Shown here: one piece after another, positions 29,013 through 42,510 of the stretch
How positions within the stretch are numbered: position 1 is the stretch's first letter
How the letters are laid out: the number at the start of each line of letters is the position of its first letter
Assembly: GCF_009914755.1 (NCBI RefSeq)
Contig: NC_060931.1
Origin: the human T2T-CHM13v2.0 reference genome, Homo sapiens
DNA length: 64,000 nucleotides
Direction: 5' to 3' (one strand)
The notes under the pieces: generated by a model
Seen by the model: the letters and a program-made list of their open reading frames with translations, nothing else
Database searches by the model: none
What the model was told of the DNA's origin: nothing
Program-made: the position numbers and the translations under genes

Positions 29013-29153
29013 ATGGCGGGCGCCCCTCCCCCAGCCTCGCTGCCGCCTTGCAGTGTGATCTCAGACTGCTGTGCTAGCAATCAGCGAGACACCGTGGGCG
29101 TAGGACCCTCTGAGCCAGGTGTGGGATATAATCTTGTGGTGCGCCGTTTTTAA
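29013..29153 (+). pseudogene. L1 antisense ORF0, truncated at 46 aa (copy 1)
   Basis: MAGAPPPASLPPCSVISDCCASNQRDTVGVGPSEPGVGYNLVVRRF*; premature TAA at 29151-29153. Confidence 0.75.
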
Positions 29154-29751
29154 AGCCGGTCTGAAAAGCGCAATATTCGGGTGGGAGTGACCCGATTTTC
29201 CAGGTGAGTCCGTCACCCCTCTCTTTGACTCGGAAAGGGAACTCCCTGACCCCTTGCGCTTCCCAGGTGAGGCAATGCCTCACCCTGCTTTGGCTTGCGC
29301 ACGGTGCACGCACCCACTGGCCTGCGCCCACTGTCTGGCACACCCTAGTGAGATGAACCAGATACCTCAGACGGAAATGCAGAAATCACCCATCTTCTGC
29401 GTCACTCACGCTGGGAGCTGTAGACCGGAGCTGTTCCTATTTGGCCATCTTCGGTTCTTGATTTCTCTTTATATCTTCTATTCCTTTGCTAAGGTTTTGT
29501 AGTTTTTCTTTTGTTTCAAACGTGTTCTTAATTGCTCATTGAAGAATTTTTATGATGCATGTTTAAAAATATTTGTCAAATAATTCCAACATCAGTGCCA
29601 TCTCAGTTGGTATCTGTTGATTGTCTTTTCTCATTTACTCAAGATTTTCCTGGTTCTTGATATGATGAGTGACTGAGTAATTTTCAGCTATATCCTGGAA
29701 ATTTTGGGTGTTATTTTATGAGACTCTTATTTAAACTTCCTGTTTTAGCTG

Positions 29752-30153
29752 GTCTATGAATTTGCTAGTGCTGCCATAACAAAACAACACAACCTGGGTG
29801 CTATGGTATTCTACTTTATTTTCTCACAGTTCTGGAGGCTAGAAGTCCAAGATCATGGTGCTGGCAGGGGTGGTTTTCACTGAGGTCTCTCCTTGGCTTG
29901 CAGATGACTGCTTTCTTGCTGCCTTTTCACGTGGTAGTCCCTCTGTATATGTGTACCCCTGATGTCTATGTGTGTCCATAATATCTTTTTCTTATGAAGA
30001 CACGAGTCAGATTGGATAGAGGCACACCCAAATAGCTTCATTGTCACCTAATTACCTCTTAAAAAGCCCTATTGCCAAATATAGTCACGTTCTGAGTTTC
30101 TGGGGGTTAGGGCTTTAACATATGAATTAAGAGAGCCACAATTCAGTTCATAA
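29752..30153 (-). mobile_element. MLT1 (B-like) MaLR solo LTR
   Basis: GCTGCCATAACAAA...TTCTCACAGTTCTGGAGGCTAGAAGTCCAAGATCA...TAGTCACGTTCTGAG...CAATTCAGTTCATA. Confidence 0.82.
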
Positions 30154-32224
30154 AGAGCTGTCTTCTTCTAACACTGCACTGGTAAAGGAAGTAGAAATGC
30201 CTCCTTGTTACTGGAGGTGGAGAAGTGCATGTTTCCCACCCAGCCTCCACTGACACCCTTATGGGGGTATCTTATTTCTACTGCTGGGCAGGAGTAGAAG
30301 TTAAGGCTCCCCTCTAGGCCTCTGCTGACACCACTCTGATGAGAGGGGACACCTGGTTACTGTTTCTCCCATGGCCTCCACTGACTTTCATCAGGGAGGT
30401 GCTCCCTATTACCACTGATGGGGAGGAAAGTCCTAGTTCCCTACCCAACCTTCTCTGATGCCACCCTAGCAGAAGACTCGGGCACATGTTACAGCACATG
30501 GTGATTGTAGAAGTCTAGGCTCCTGGTTGGTCTTTGCAGATGGAATGGAGGTGGGCCCCATCTTGTTTTCATGGTGTCTTCCTAGAATAGGGCAGTTATT
30601 GTCTAAACATTTTTTGTCTTGTTGTTCCTTTCTTGGTCTAGGCTAGAGAAATAATGCATTTCTTGGAGCTTTTTTGTCTATACTCTGTGGTGTTTTTGTC
30701 TTGCTAATTTCTCTAGTTTCTCCAGCTCCCAGCCTAGGATATAGTGGGCAAAAAAGAGGGGGGGAAAAAAAAAGCCAGGGAACTAACCATTGTGCCATTC
30801 CTTGAATCCCAAGGACCCCAGCCAGTCTGCCTTCCTACAGTCACATTTTAGAGTTTTCTTTTGTTTTACATATGATACCCAGCCCTTCTAGTACTTTAAC
30901 AGTTCTATTTTTTAATGTTTAATCCATCTGGAAGCTATTGTAGTTCATGGTGCTGCTGAACCACTACTTTGACAAATGTCAAATCAACTTATCCAGGACC
31001 ATAAAAAACCCTTTTACATGTTGGTTTCAATTGAACCCTTTTGCATGTTGGTTTCAATTGCACAGTATTTTGTAGATCTGTTTAAAGAGTAATCCTATTT
31101 TTATTTTAAAGAGTAACCCTGTTTTTATACAAGAGAATACTGAGTCTAAGCACTGAATATCAGTGTTGTACATGCAGTATCTCATTTAGTCTTCTCAATA
31201 ACCCTGTGCAATAACATTTTCATTTTGCTAGCAAGAACATTTATAACCTTGCCTATGGCCACGTATTAATTAGCAACTGAGTTGGGGTCATAATTTAAGT
31301 GTTCTAACTTCTACTCAATTTTTCTTTCCTTATGTGTACAGAAGCCAAAACACTTTTTCTCCTAGGATTAAAGATTGTTTAGAATCTGCTAAAATTAGAC
31401 AAACAAAGCACTGTTACTGTATATCTATCACCAGAAACACGGCAATGATTTAGAGAGATATGTTTTCAATATCCTTCTTTGTAATATATTTGTTACAGTG
31501 AGATATTTTTAATAACTTGCCAGCTCCCGTCCCATGGGAGGAAAAAAACAGCAAGCATGAACAACTCACATCATGGAAATAAAAACAAAGAGGCATTTTA
31601 AATAACAGCCCGGATATCATTAAAATGTTTTTCCTTTATTACATAGCATTATAATTGCCTTAAATGGTTATGGTTCAAAGGAGAAGAAAAATATGCCCCT
31701 TTCTTGCTATATGAAGTCCCCCACTCAACTTCCCTTTGAGAATCACCTTTCTAAGGTTAAGTGAATGGAACCTAAAGGAGAGATTAGATGAAGAAAAGAA
31801 TCAAAGTACTTCTGAAATAGTGCAAACCATCATTTCCATGCATGCTGGAGGAGGAGCAATTTGGAAATGGGGGAACATGGGCTGAATATCCCACAACCCA
31901 TGACAGTAGTTGAAATAATTTTCAAAGAAAATTTAACAATGACACAACAATGTAGCTAGAGTCTGAAGAGAACAGAAAGGCAGAAGAAGGGGTCTTATGA
32001 GCTGTAAGACGTGGCATTCGATTTGAATAGCTGGCAAAGACTCAGGCTCTTGGCCTGGAATTCACCCATGGCTAGACCAAAAAGGAATCTTCCATTTAGG
32101 TGGTTCTCACAGGTCTCAGAGATACTCAGAGGGTGCTCAGCATCCTTGGAATCTCCCAGTGCAGCCTGACAGGAGTCTCAGGCCTACGGCCTCTCATGTA
32201 GAGGAAACAATTATGTTCTGGGAA

Positions 32225-32725
32225 TGTATTAGTTCTGCTATCTGTTCTGTTCTGTTCTGCTGTGTAACAAACAATGTACTCCAAAATTTAATGGCTTAAA
32301 ACAACAGCTCTTATTACCTCACAGAAACTGCAATCAAGGTATCATCCTGGGAGTGCAGCAGATTTCAAGCCTCAGTGGGGAAAGATCTGTCCCCTAGTAC
32401 ATTCACATGGTTTGGCCGCATTCAGTTCCTGGTGGGCTGTTGCACGGAGAACCTCAGTTACACAGTTGCTTTCTGTTCCTCACTATGTGGGTCTCTCCAT
32501 AGGACAGCTTACAGCAGTGGCAGCTTGCTTCATCAGAGCCAGCAAGAGAAGGCAAGCACAAAAGTAGGCAAGAGTCTTTTGTAACCTAATTTTGACAGTG
32601 GAATTCCATCACTTTTGCTGTATTCTGTATGGTAGAGGCAAGTCACTAAGGTCTAGTCTATACTCCAGGGGAAGCTTGCAAGGGGCAGGGATCACTGGAA
32701 ACTATGTCTGAAACTGCCTCCACAG
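32225..32725 (-). mobile_element. MLT1-family LTR (older)
   Basis: TGTATTAGTT...GCTGTGTAACAAAC...ATGGCTTAAAACAACA...CCATCACTTTTGCTGTATTCT. Confidence 0.7.
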
Positions 32726-32989
32726 GGAGTGGAATATTAGTTAATAGTACTTGACTAAAATAATTAGACTCATCAAGACAGTGCCTGTGAAGGACATAGG
32801 GATCTTCAGGTACAGGAAACATCTAAAATGGAATTGCTAAGCTGGCAGCAATTCCAGAGCGGAGGCTCTGCTCTCTCTTACGGGCTGCATGATCTCTTAG
32901 GGCATCTCTGCATATCTGGTCTCTTCTGCTATTCTCAGCCAATTGGCTATTTTTGTTTATGGATAGTCTTGTGCATGGTCCATTGAGGC

Positions 32990-33432
32990 CTCTGTGCTGG
33001 GCTGCTGCTTACTCTATTTGCCTTCTAGATTCATTTCCATCCTTCTCCATCCTCATTTGCCCCAGAATTTTGTACCACTGGGCTCCTTTTCCTTCTGGCT
33101 TCGGATTGGCTTTGTCTGTTCTGGCTAAAGATGGAGGAAATAAAAAGAGCAAGGTCTTGTTTCTTAACTCCCTTCTTGTCCCTCACCTGCAGATCACAGC
33201 TCCTGCCACTTGGCTCTCTCTTTGCTGTTCTACCTGCATTCTAGTGACTGCTTCTCTCTTGCTGTTTCAGGCCTTTTGGTGGTGAGAGTGTCTGCCATGA
33301 CTAGACCTGGGGTATCACATGATTCCTTGTAGTTTTCCCACCCCCACTCACACCTTTACAAATAGCCTATTTTTAAAACTGTCCTCTAATACATTTGAGC
33401 ATGCCATCTGTTCTGCAGGGATCCTGATTGAG
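32990..33432 (+). mobile_element. ERVL LTR33-like solo LTR
   Basis: ATTTGCCTTCTAGATTCA...CACACCTTTACAAATAGCC...TTTGAGCATGCCATCTGTT...GGATCCTGATTGA. Confidence 0.6.
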
Positions 33433-33762
33433 GTAGCCTTCTTTGACCCTGAAGTCTACCTCTTGACATTAGGGGGTCAGTTTATTTTACCTATCTCAGT
33501 TGCTTGATTTCACTTTTAGATTTCCAAGAGAGGAATCTAATTATTCAAGAAAAATTTTTGATTGCTCATGCCATTTCTGGGTCAAGGTCCATTCCTATTC
33601 TAATTAACTGTGGTTACTGGCTGAGATGAGATGGGGGTCCCCGGTGTCTTGGGAAGTGTAGGTTGCCTCAGAAATGCATATGTGCTAGAAAACACATTAC
33701 TGTCATCTCTAGAGTATGATGAGGGGGCTGTAAAATTCCCATCTATATAAAACCTTGCTTTT

Positions 33763-34259
<497 letters not shown>

Positions 34260-34576
34260 TTACGCAATTATCAAATGGAAGAATTAGGATTCAAGACCAG
34301 GTGAACCTGTTGTTAGTATTTAACTTATCAGAATATTTCTCATATTTTTTTACACTGATGGTCTACTTCTGGAAAAAATTATCAATGCTTATTCCCTCCA
34401 GGGTGTTTTTAGGTTAGCATGGAATAACACTTAATTGTGAATAGATGATGCTACACTGTTCTAAATTTAACAGAAAAGGTGGTTTCCTGGGACTTTTGAC
34501 ATCTCACCAGGTGGCAAGTAGACTGCCTATTTTGGGGTTTGCTCTTGTCAGATAAGTAAAGAGAGGGCCATCTCTT

Positions 34577-37023
34577 TGCTATGGTTTGAATATTTGTGGC
34601 CCTCCGAAAATTCATGTGTTGAAACTTAACCACCAATGTGGTGATATTATGAGGTGACACTTTTGAGAGGGGATTAGGATGAGGGCTGAGCCCTCATGAA
34701 TGGGATTAGTGCCCTTACAAATGAGGCCCCAACGAGCTGCGTTATTCCTTCCACCATGTGAGAATATGGTGAGAAGATGCCTTCTGTGAACCAGGAAGTG
34801 AGCTCTCACCAGAAACAGAATGTGCTGCTGCCTCAATCTTGGAATTCCTAGCCTTCAAAACTGTGAGAAATAAATTTCCGTTATTTATAATATCTATTTT
34901 ATAGTATTTTGTTATAGCAACCTGAACAGACTAAGACAATTGGTACCAAGAAGAGGAAGAAATACCACTTCTACAAAATACCTAAGGGGAAATTTTAGGT
35001 ATTTGTTACAGTGCTGCTAAAATGTGGAAGCAGCTTGGAACTGATAATAGGCAGAGGCAGGAAGGGTTTCTAAGTGAATACTAGAGAAGCCTACGTTGGT
35101 GTGAAGGAACCTTAAAGGGTGATTCGATTGAGGACTCAGAAGAAGAGTACTGTAGTGACAGCCTAAATGTTCCTAGCAAATGCGTAAGTGGTTGTGAACA
35201 GAATGTTTGTAGAAATATGGACAGTGAAGGCCATTCTGCTGATGTCTCAAGTGGAACGGAGGAACATGTCATTGAAAACTTGAGGAAAGGGGATCCTTGT
35301 TATAAAGTGGCAACAGGTTTGGCTGAGTAGTGTTTGTCCTAGAATTCTGTCTAAAGTAGAATGTGTGAGCAACTGGATATTTAGCTGGAGCTATTTCTAA
35401 GCAGAGTGTGGAAGCTTAGTTTCTCTTGACTCCTTATAGTAAATGCAAGAAGAGAGAATTGATTTAATGATAGAATTATTAATCAAAAGGGAAGCAGAAT
35501 ATAAATATTTGGGAAATTCTTATTCATATTGAAAGGAATGAGAAAGCATGTCTGGGAGAGAAAACCGAGGGTTTGAAAAAGTGACCACTTGATAAGATTA
35601 GCATGGATGAGCCATCTGAGCAGAGCCAGGACTTATTGTACAAGATAATAAAAGAGTAACCTGGAAGGCATTTCAGACATCATGTTGCTGCTCCTCCCAT
35701 CATAGGCCCAGAGTTTCAGGGCCTGGGAGAAAAAACAATTTCAAAGGAGGGGGCATGGGCACCTGCAGGATCTTAGCACTTGCTACCAGGCACTGCCTCA
35801 AGGCTCTGTTCTCCACACTTCATTGCCAAGCTTCTTGGTTGCCCCCGGTGCAGCTCCAGCAGACCCTGGTATGGTGTGCACTGCACCCAGCAAAGATGTA
35901 GAGGCATGACTGCCTTCACCCAGATTTCAAAGGATGCCCTGCTGAGCTGTGGAGCCCAAGCAGAGATTTGCTGTGAGGGCGAGATCACTGTAGAGAGACC
36001 CCACCAGGGCAATTCCTAGTGCAGCCACGAGGGTAGAGCCACACACTGTGACCTCAGACGCTTAGAGCCACTGGTGCATGATTCCCACTGGGGGTGGGAG
36101 GACCACAGGCACGTGACTCAGGCACAGAACCCCAAGGAGGTGGGGCTGCTGCAGAGAGCCACCATGGGGGTGTGGCTGCTCAAAGCCATGGGGCAGGACC
36201 GCTGCCACAGAGAGTTGGAAGGTGGGACCTCACCTCAGTGGACCTAGAAGGCAGTAAAGCATCCAGTCAATGAAGGCTATTCTTGAGCTTTAAGGTTTTA
36301 GACTTGTTCAAAACCTGTTACTGTCTTTCTTTTCTGTGTATTTCTTTTGAAATGTGAATGTCTACCCTATGCTTAGAGCCTCACTATATTTTAGAAGCAC
36401 ATAACATTTGATTTCACAGGTTCGCAGCTGGGGAGAGAAATTTGCCTCAGGATGAATCATACCTTGAGTCTCACCCATATCTAATATAGATGAAATTTAG
36501 CTAAGACTCTGGATTTTAGACTTTTGAGTTGATGCTGGAACAAACTAAGACGTTAGTGACTGGGATAGAATGCATGTATTTCACATGCGAGAAGGATATG
36601 GATTTTCGGGGACCAGGGGCAAAATGCCATGGTCTGAATGTTTGTGTCCCACACCCCTTCCCACCCTTCCTACCCCCCACCCTAATTCATATGTTGAAAT
36701 CTAAGCATCCGTGTGATGATATTAGGAGGTAGGGCTTTTGGGAGGCGATTAGTTCATGAGGGTGGAGCCCTCATGAATAGAATTAGTGCCCTTATAAAAG
36801 GGGCTCCAGAGAAAAAGCTGGCTTGTACCTTCTACCATATGAGGACACATGGTGAGAAGTTGCCATTCTATGAACCAGGACCTGAATACCTACCAGACAA
36901 CAAATCTGCCTATGCCTTAATCTCAGAATTCCAAGCCTCTAGACTTGTGAGAAATACATTTCTGTTTCTCTATGCCACCCAGTTTATGGCATTTTGCTAT
37001 AGCAGCCCAAATGAACTGAGTCA
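34577..37023 (+). mobile_element. Complete MaLR provirus (MLT1A/MST-like; LTR-internal-LTR)
   Basis: 5' LTR ~34577-34938 followed by ATTGGTACC. Internal region, then a polypurine tract (GGGGACCAGGGGCAAAA). 3' LTR ~36625-37023. 5-bp TSD CTCTT at 34572-34576 and 37024-37028. Confidence 0.88.
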
Positions 37024-37625
37024 CTCTTTTACCTGTGAATTAGTGGAGAAGGTTTGGCACCAAATGTTCTGAGTCCTGAGGATGGGATGAAAGATAAACT
37101 TCAAGCATCTTTTATCTGGAAAGCCCTCCCTCATTCTCTGAGTTGGATGCTATTCTCTTCCACTCCCCAACAGCATCAACTAATGTCTCCAATATAGCCT
37201 GTGTCATTCTCCAGTCTAATTAATAACCTTGTATTATATCAGAAGCTCCATGAGGCCTGGTATTACGTTTTGCTCATTTCTGTAACACCAAGACACCAAG
37301 TGGAGTCTAGCAGATATGTTTAATGAATGAGAGAGTTCACCTATTCAGGAATTGAGCCCCCAGGGGCTCTCTACAATCTTATACCTCGAGGCTGCTCCAA
37401 TAGAGTGGTCTTGAACATCCCAGGCAAGAAAGCTTCCAACTGTGACTTCACAGTGGTTAAGTCACTTGAAAATTTGACCAAATAAAATTAACTTTTCAAA
37501 TTTTTTAATAAAAGAAGAAAGAATAAATGATTTTCCTAAGGTACTAAAGACAGAAGTTGTATAGGTTTCATTAAGTAACATGGCAAACACTATATTGTGC
37601 TTGGACAGTTTCAAAGATGGGCAAG

Positions 37626-37996
37626 TTATATGGTTTGGCTCTGTGGCCCCATCCAAATCTCATCTCAAATTGTAATCTCCGGGTGTTGAGGTAGGGCCCT
37701 GAGGCGAGGTGACGAAATCATGGGGGCGGTTTCCCCCATGCTGTTCTCAGGAGAGTGAATGAGTTCTCATGAGATCTGATGGTTTCAAGGTATATGGTGG
37801 TTCCCCTTTCTCTCTGTCTCTCTGGCCTGCCACCATGTGAGGAAGGTCCTTGCTTTCCCTTTGCCTTCCACCATGATTGTAAGTTTCCTGAGGCCTCCCC
37901 AGCCATATGGAACTGTGAGTCAATTAAGTCTCTTTGCTTTATAAATTACCCAGTCTTAAGTAGTTCTTTATAGCAGTGTGAAAACAGACCAATACA
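37626..37996 (+). mobile_element. THE1D/MSTA-like solo LTR
   Basis: ATATGGTTTGGCTCTGTG...CAAATCTCATCTCAAATTGTAATC...GACCAATACA. 5-bp TSD GCAAG on both sides. Confidence 0.9.
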
Positions 37997-38089
37997 GCAA
38001 GCCACATTTTGTAAGCCTCACACTGTCATCATTACATAAAGAGAATTGTGAAAAGACTAAGTAGAAAGACAGAATGTAAGAATTTAAAA

Positions 38090-38290
38090 GAGCATGTAGT
38101 ATGGAGTTACAGACCTCAATTAGACTTTAACAGCTATGTGTGTTTGGGCAAGTAGCTTAACTTTGAGCCTGTTTTTCTAGTGTAATGGGAATAATGTTAT
38201 CTAATCTCACTGGAATTATTGATTTAAATTGTATGCGAAACACTTAGCATAGTGGCCAGCACATGGTATTCCTCAACAATTGGTAAATAT
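38090..38290 (+). mobile_element. MIR fragment
   Basis: TTGGGCAAGTAGCTTAAC...GTAATGGGAATAAT...CACTTAGCATAGTGGCCAGCACATGGTA. Confidence 0.65.
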
Positions 38291-38932
38291 TAATGTTTTT
38301 AATTATATACCATCAACCATCTACTTAAGCCAGATAGTCTAAATATATAAATGTTAAAATGACAGCAAATGATCCTGCCCCGTGTCCACCAATGACAAGT
38401 GAGTTTCCTCCTCCAAGGAAAGCTGCTGGAAACATCAGAACCCTCCATCCCCCAGGCAAGAAGGTAATTGTTGGAGGTTTATCTTGTAAGAGGTATTCCT
38501 TCTGCCACCACTAGAGCAGACTTCATCTTCTTTCTCTGGGTGTCTCATAGGAATTTCTCTCAGTTACTGCAGAACTCTGTTATGCCACTTCAACAAAAGG
38601 CTTTCCCAATAAACATACATTTCCCTTTGATGTGACTCATGACTTCTCTGTGCCTACAAGATGTTGCAGCTTCAAAAGGCATCTCTGTGTCTGTTGCTTG
38701 AGTGTTTATTATCTCAAGGGGCCCTCAGATGATTTATAAACTAGGTTATATTTAAGAGAAAAAAAGATATTTGTAAAATCCACATTTGGAATGCTACAGG
38801 ACATCTATAGGATATTTTAAGTTTTAGGAGAAATCAGAAACCAGATAACTCCAGAAAAGAACTGAATAAGCCTGTCAATCTCACCTGTCTCCCATAACGT
38901 CACAGTAAGAAACCAGTCCAGAGATAATTCTA

Positions 38933-40222
38933 TTAGGTTGGTGCAAAATAACTGTGATTTGCGGCCAGGAATCTTAAATCATTGTAACTAGGCTCAAACA
39001 CATCCTTATTAATCAAAATAGGAATTATTACAATCAACACATTTTTGCCAACAAGAAATAAGTTTGTTTATTCCTGTGGCATAAAAATCCATGCTTTGGG
39101 ATTCGACAAACTCTTGGAAAGCATTTTCTGCATCCTGCTGGTTGTAGAAGTGTTTTCCCTACAAGAGTTGTCAAGATGCTGGAAGAAGTGGTAGTCAGTT
39201 GGTGAGAGGTCAGGTGAATATGGCGGGTGAGGCAAAACTTTATAGCCCAATTTGTTCCACTTTTGAAGCATTGGTTGTGCCATGTGTGGTCGCGTGTTGT
39301 GCAGAATTGGGCCCTTTCTGTTGATCAATGCCAGCTGCAGGTGTTGCAGTTTTTGGTGCATCTCATTGATTTGCTGAGCATACTTCTCAGATGGACTGGT
39401 TTCACTGGGAATCAGAAAGCTGTAGTGGATCAGACCTGCAGCAGACCACCAAACAGTGACCATGACCTTTTTTTGGTGCAAGTTTGGCTTTGGAAAGTGC
39501 TTTGGAGCTTCTTCTCAGTCCAACCACTAAGCTGATCATTGCCGGTTGTCATATAAAATCCATTTTTCATTGCATGTCACAATCCAATCAAGAAATGATT
39601 TCTTGTTGTCGTGTAGAATAAGAGAAGATGACACTTTAAAACGACAATTTTTAAAATTTTTGCTCAGCTCCTGAGGCACTGACCTATTGAGCTTTTTCAC
39701 CTTTCCAATTTGCTTCAAATGCTGAAAGACTGTAGAACGGTTGACGTTGAGTTCTTCTGCCACTTCTCTCATAGCTGTAAGAGGATCAACTTCGATGATT
39801 GCTCTCAGTTGGTCATTGTCAACTTCCAATGGCCGACAACTATGCTCCTTATCTTCAAGGCTCTTTTCTCCTTTGCAAAACTTCTTGAACCACTACTGCA
39901 CTGTACATTCATTAGCAGTTTCTGGGCCAAATGTGTTGCTGATGTTGCGAGTTGTCTCCACTGCTTTGCGACCCATTTTGAACTCGAATAAGAAAATTGC
40001 CTGAATTTGCTTTTTGTCTAACATCGTTTCCATAGTCTAAAATAAACATAAAATAAACAGCAAGTAATGTCATCAGACAAAAAAAAAATAAAGTGAGAAA
40101 TGCTTACTAAAATGATGTATAGAAGAACTATACACTAACCATATTTATTTAAGAATGTACTCCAATATCAAACGGCAGATTTTAACAATGCAAAAACTAC
40201 AATTACTTTTGCACTCACCTAA
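38933..40222 (-). mobile_element. Full-length Hsmar1 mariner transposon
   Basis: TIRs TTAGGTTGGTGCAAAA (38933) and TTTTGCACTCACCTAA (ending 40222), both flanked by TA. Length ~1.29 kb. Confidence 0.95.
39009..40033 (-). pseudogene. Hsmar1 transposase pseudogene
   Basis: METMLDKKQIQAIFLFEFKMG... start; KKVMVTVWWS, CNEKWILYDNR and PHPPYSPDLSPTDYHFF motifs; stops and frameshifts present. Confidence 0.92.
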
Positions 40223-41756
40223 TATGTTCTTTTATCTGGATTTGTATGTATTTTCTGGGATAAAGAGTAACAGACAGACTAGTATATTAGTGACACAATT
40301 TACTAGCTACATAATCTTGGACAAATTACTTGACCTCTCTGAATCTTACTTTTCTTATGTGTAAAATGGGTATTTGGAAACATGCTATATTTGAGGTTTT
40401 CTTCAGAAAGGGAAGATACACTCTTCAAAGCCAGTCCTCCTCTTTTCCTTTGCAGTGCTGGACTATTATTGTACTTTATCAAATATTTCAACTTACAGAG
40501 ATGGCCGGGGCTGGGCAGAGAGCTGTGGATGTATAAAGAAGAAGTAGGCTTTGCTACAGTGAGCCAGGTCATTGTCTAAGACTTTGATGTTAACTTATAA
40601 AAACTTTTAAGAAAAACTATAATTTCAAAATTTTCTGAAGTTATTTGGGGAAAAAAATGTCTACAATCTTCAAAAACAAGCTTAGATTTCATCAGGCATG
40701 TAGGCTTCATTCCCGTATTATTATTTAGATAATAACTAGACAAACATCCCTGGATGTTAAATAATTTGAAAAATCTCAGGTGACATGGATACACCAAAAA
40801 GAAAAATTAAGTGATATTAAAAAATAAATGACTGGAATTTTGCCCCATGAAGGACAGAATGTTGGGAACAGACCAATGTTTCTTCTAAAACAAGTAATAA
40901 ATCAAGATGAAATGTAAGAATAATTGGCTTAAAGGCAATGGAGATCTGCTGAAGCCATGAGGACCTGAAGGTCTGAGGCTTTGGAGAGGGCAGAACCACA
41001 GGGAGGTGAGCTGAAAATGCGCTGCTGCTTTTTTCCTGTGGCCATTTGACTGATTATGGGCAAGAACAAGAGGCTGAGAATGTACCCTTGCTCAAGTAAA
41101 GAAACATCTTTAGGTGACAGAAAAATGGACAGGGCTTTGTGTGGTCTTAAAGGTTTGGAATGAAAAATTGGAGACCTGGGAACCTCAAACATCATCCAGC
41201 TTCCCTCTCAAGAAGTCTGTTAAATTCTGAAGCTCTGTGAGGTAGCAGGCTAAAAATCTAAGAAGAAAACATTTGAGCAGAATTTTCTGCAGTCTTGTGC
41301 TGAGAAAACAAAGAGTAGAGTTTAAGGCCTACTAGTGGAACACACCAGGCCTTCAGTTAATAGCCTCGAAGAGCTATATGGTAGAAACAATGGCGAATCA
41401 AAAGTAGACTGAGTTTATAAAACTTGCAAAAATAGCTGATATTCATCTCAATGCCTGATTGGATTACAGGGATCAGCCTCTTCCTTTCTCTTCCTAGAAA
41501 AGGGAAGAATAAACTTTTTTGGGAGCTGTATGTTTAAAAGATAGAAGAAAAGTTTGATAATTTTAGCAAAGAACTGAAAATTATAAAAAATTGGAAATAA
41601 AAATATTAAAAATTAAAATATTCTGGAATTTAAGGAATTCAGTATCTGAAATTACAAATAGAGAGAAGCAGATAGGCGTGACAGGAAACAGGATTAGTGA
41701 ACTAGAGTAGGTCATTAGAAAATATTCAAATTAAAGCATCAAAAGAAAAGAAAATA

Positions 41757-42510
41757 CAGTCATGTGTCAATTAATGATGGGGAAATGTTGTAAGAATGTT
41801 CTGAGAACGATGGAGATCCATTCTAAGAAATGCATCATTACAATGGTATTTGTATATCTTTACATATCTAAGCATAGAAAAGTTCCAGTAAAAATGTGGT
41901 ATAAAATATTTTTTAAAAGGGTACACCTGTGTAGGGCACTTGCCATGAATGGCACTTAAAGGACTGGAAGTTTCTCTGGGTGAGTCAGTGAGTGGTGAGT
42001 TACTGTGAAGGCCTAGGACATTACTGTACACTGCTGCAGAGTATAACACTGTACATTTAGGCTACATTAAATTTATTTTAAAATTTCTCTTTTTTCAATA
42101 TTAAGTTAACTTTAGTTTACCATAAATTTTTTGTTCCATAAACTTTTATATTTTTTAAAACTGCTTGACTCTTTTATAATAATGCTTAGCTTAAAACACA
42201 AACACATTGTACAGCTGTACAAAAATATTTTCTTTATTTCTATCATTATAAGCATTTTTCTATTTTTAAAATTATTTGTTATTTTTAACTTTTAGAAATT
42301 TTTTGTGAAAAATGAAGACAGAAACACACACATTGGCCTAGGCCTTCACAGGGTGAGGACCCTCAATATCACTGTCTTCCACCTCCACATCTTGTCCCAC
42401 TGGAAAACCTGCAGGGGCAATTACACGCATGAAGCTGTCATCTCCTGTGATAATGACGCCATTTTCTGGACACTTCCTGAAGGACCTTCCCCAGGCTTTT
42501 CTTGAGGAGG
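41757..42510. mobile_element. Tigger3-family (TcMar-Tigger) DNA transposon fragment
   Basis: TA-CAGTCATG...TTAATGATGGGG terminus; GGTACACCTGTGTAGGGCACTT; GGGTGAGTCAGTGAGTGG; CACACACATTGGCCTAGGCC. Confidence 0.8.
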
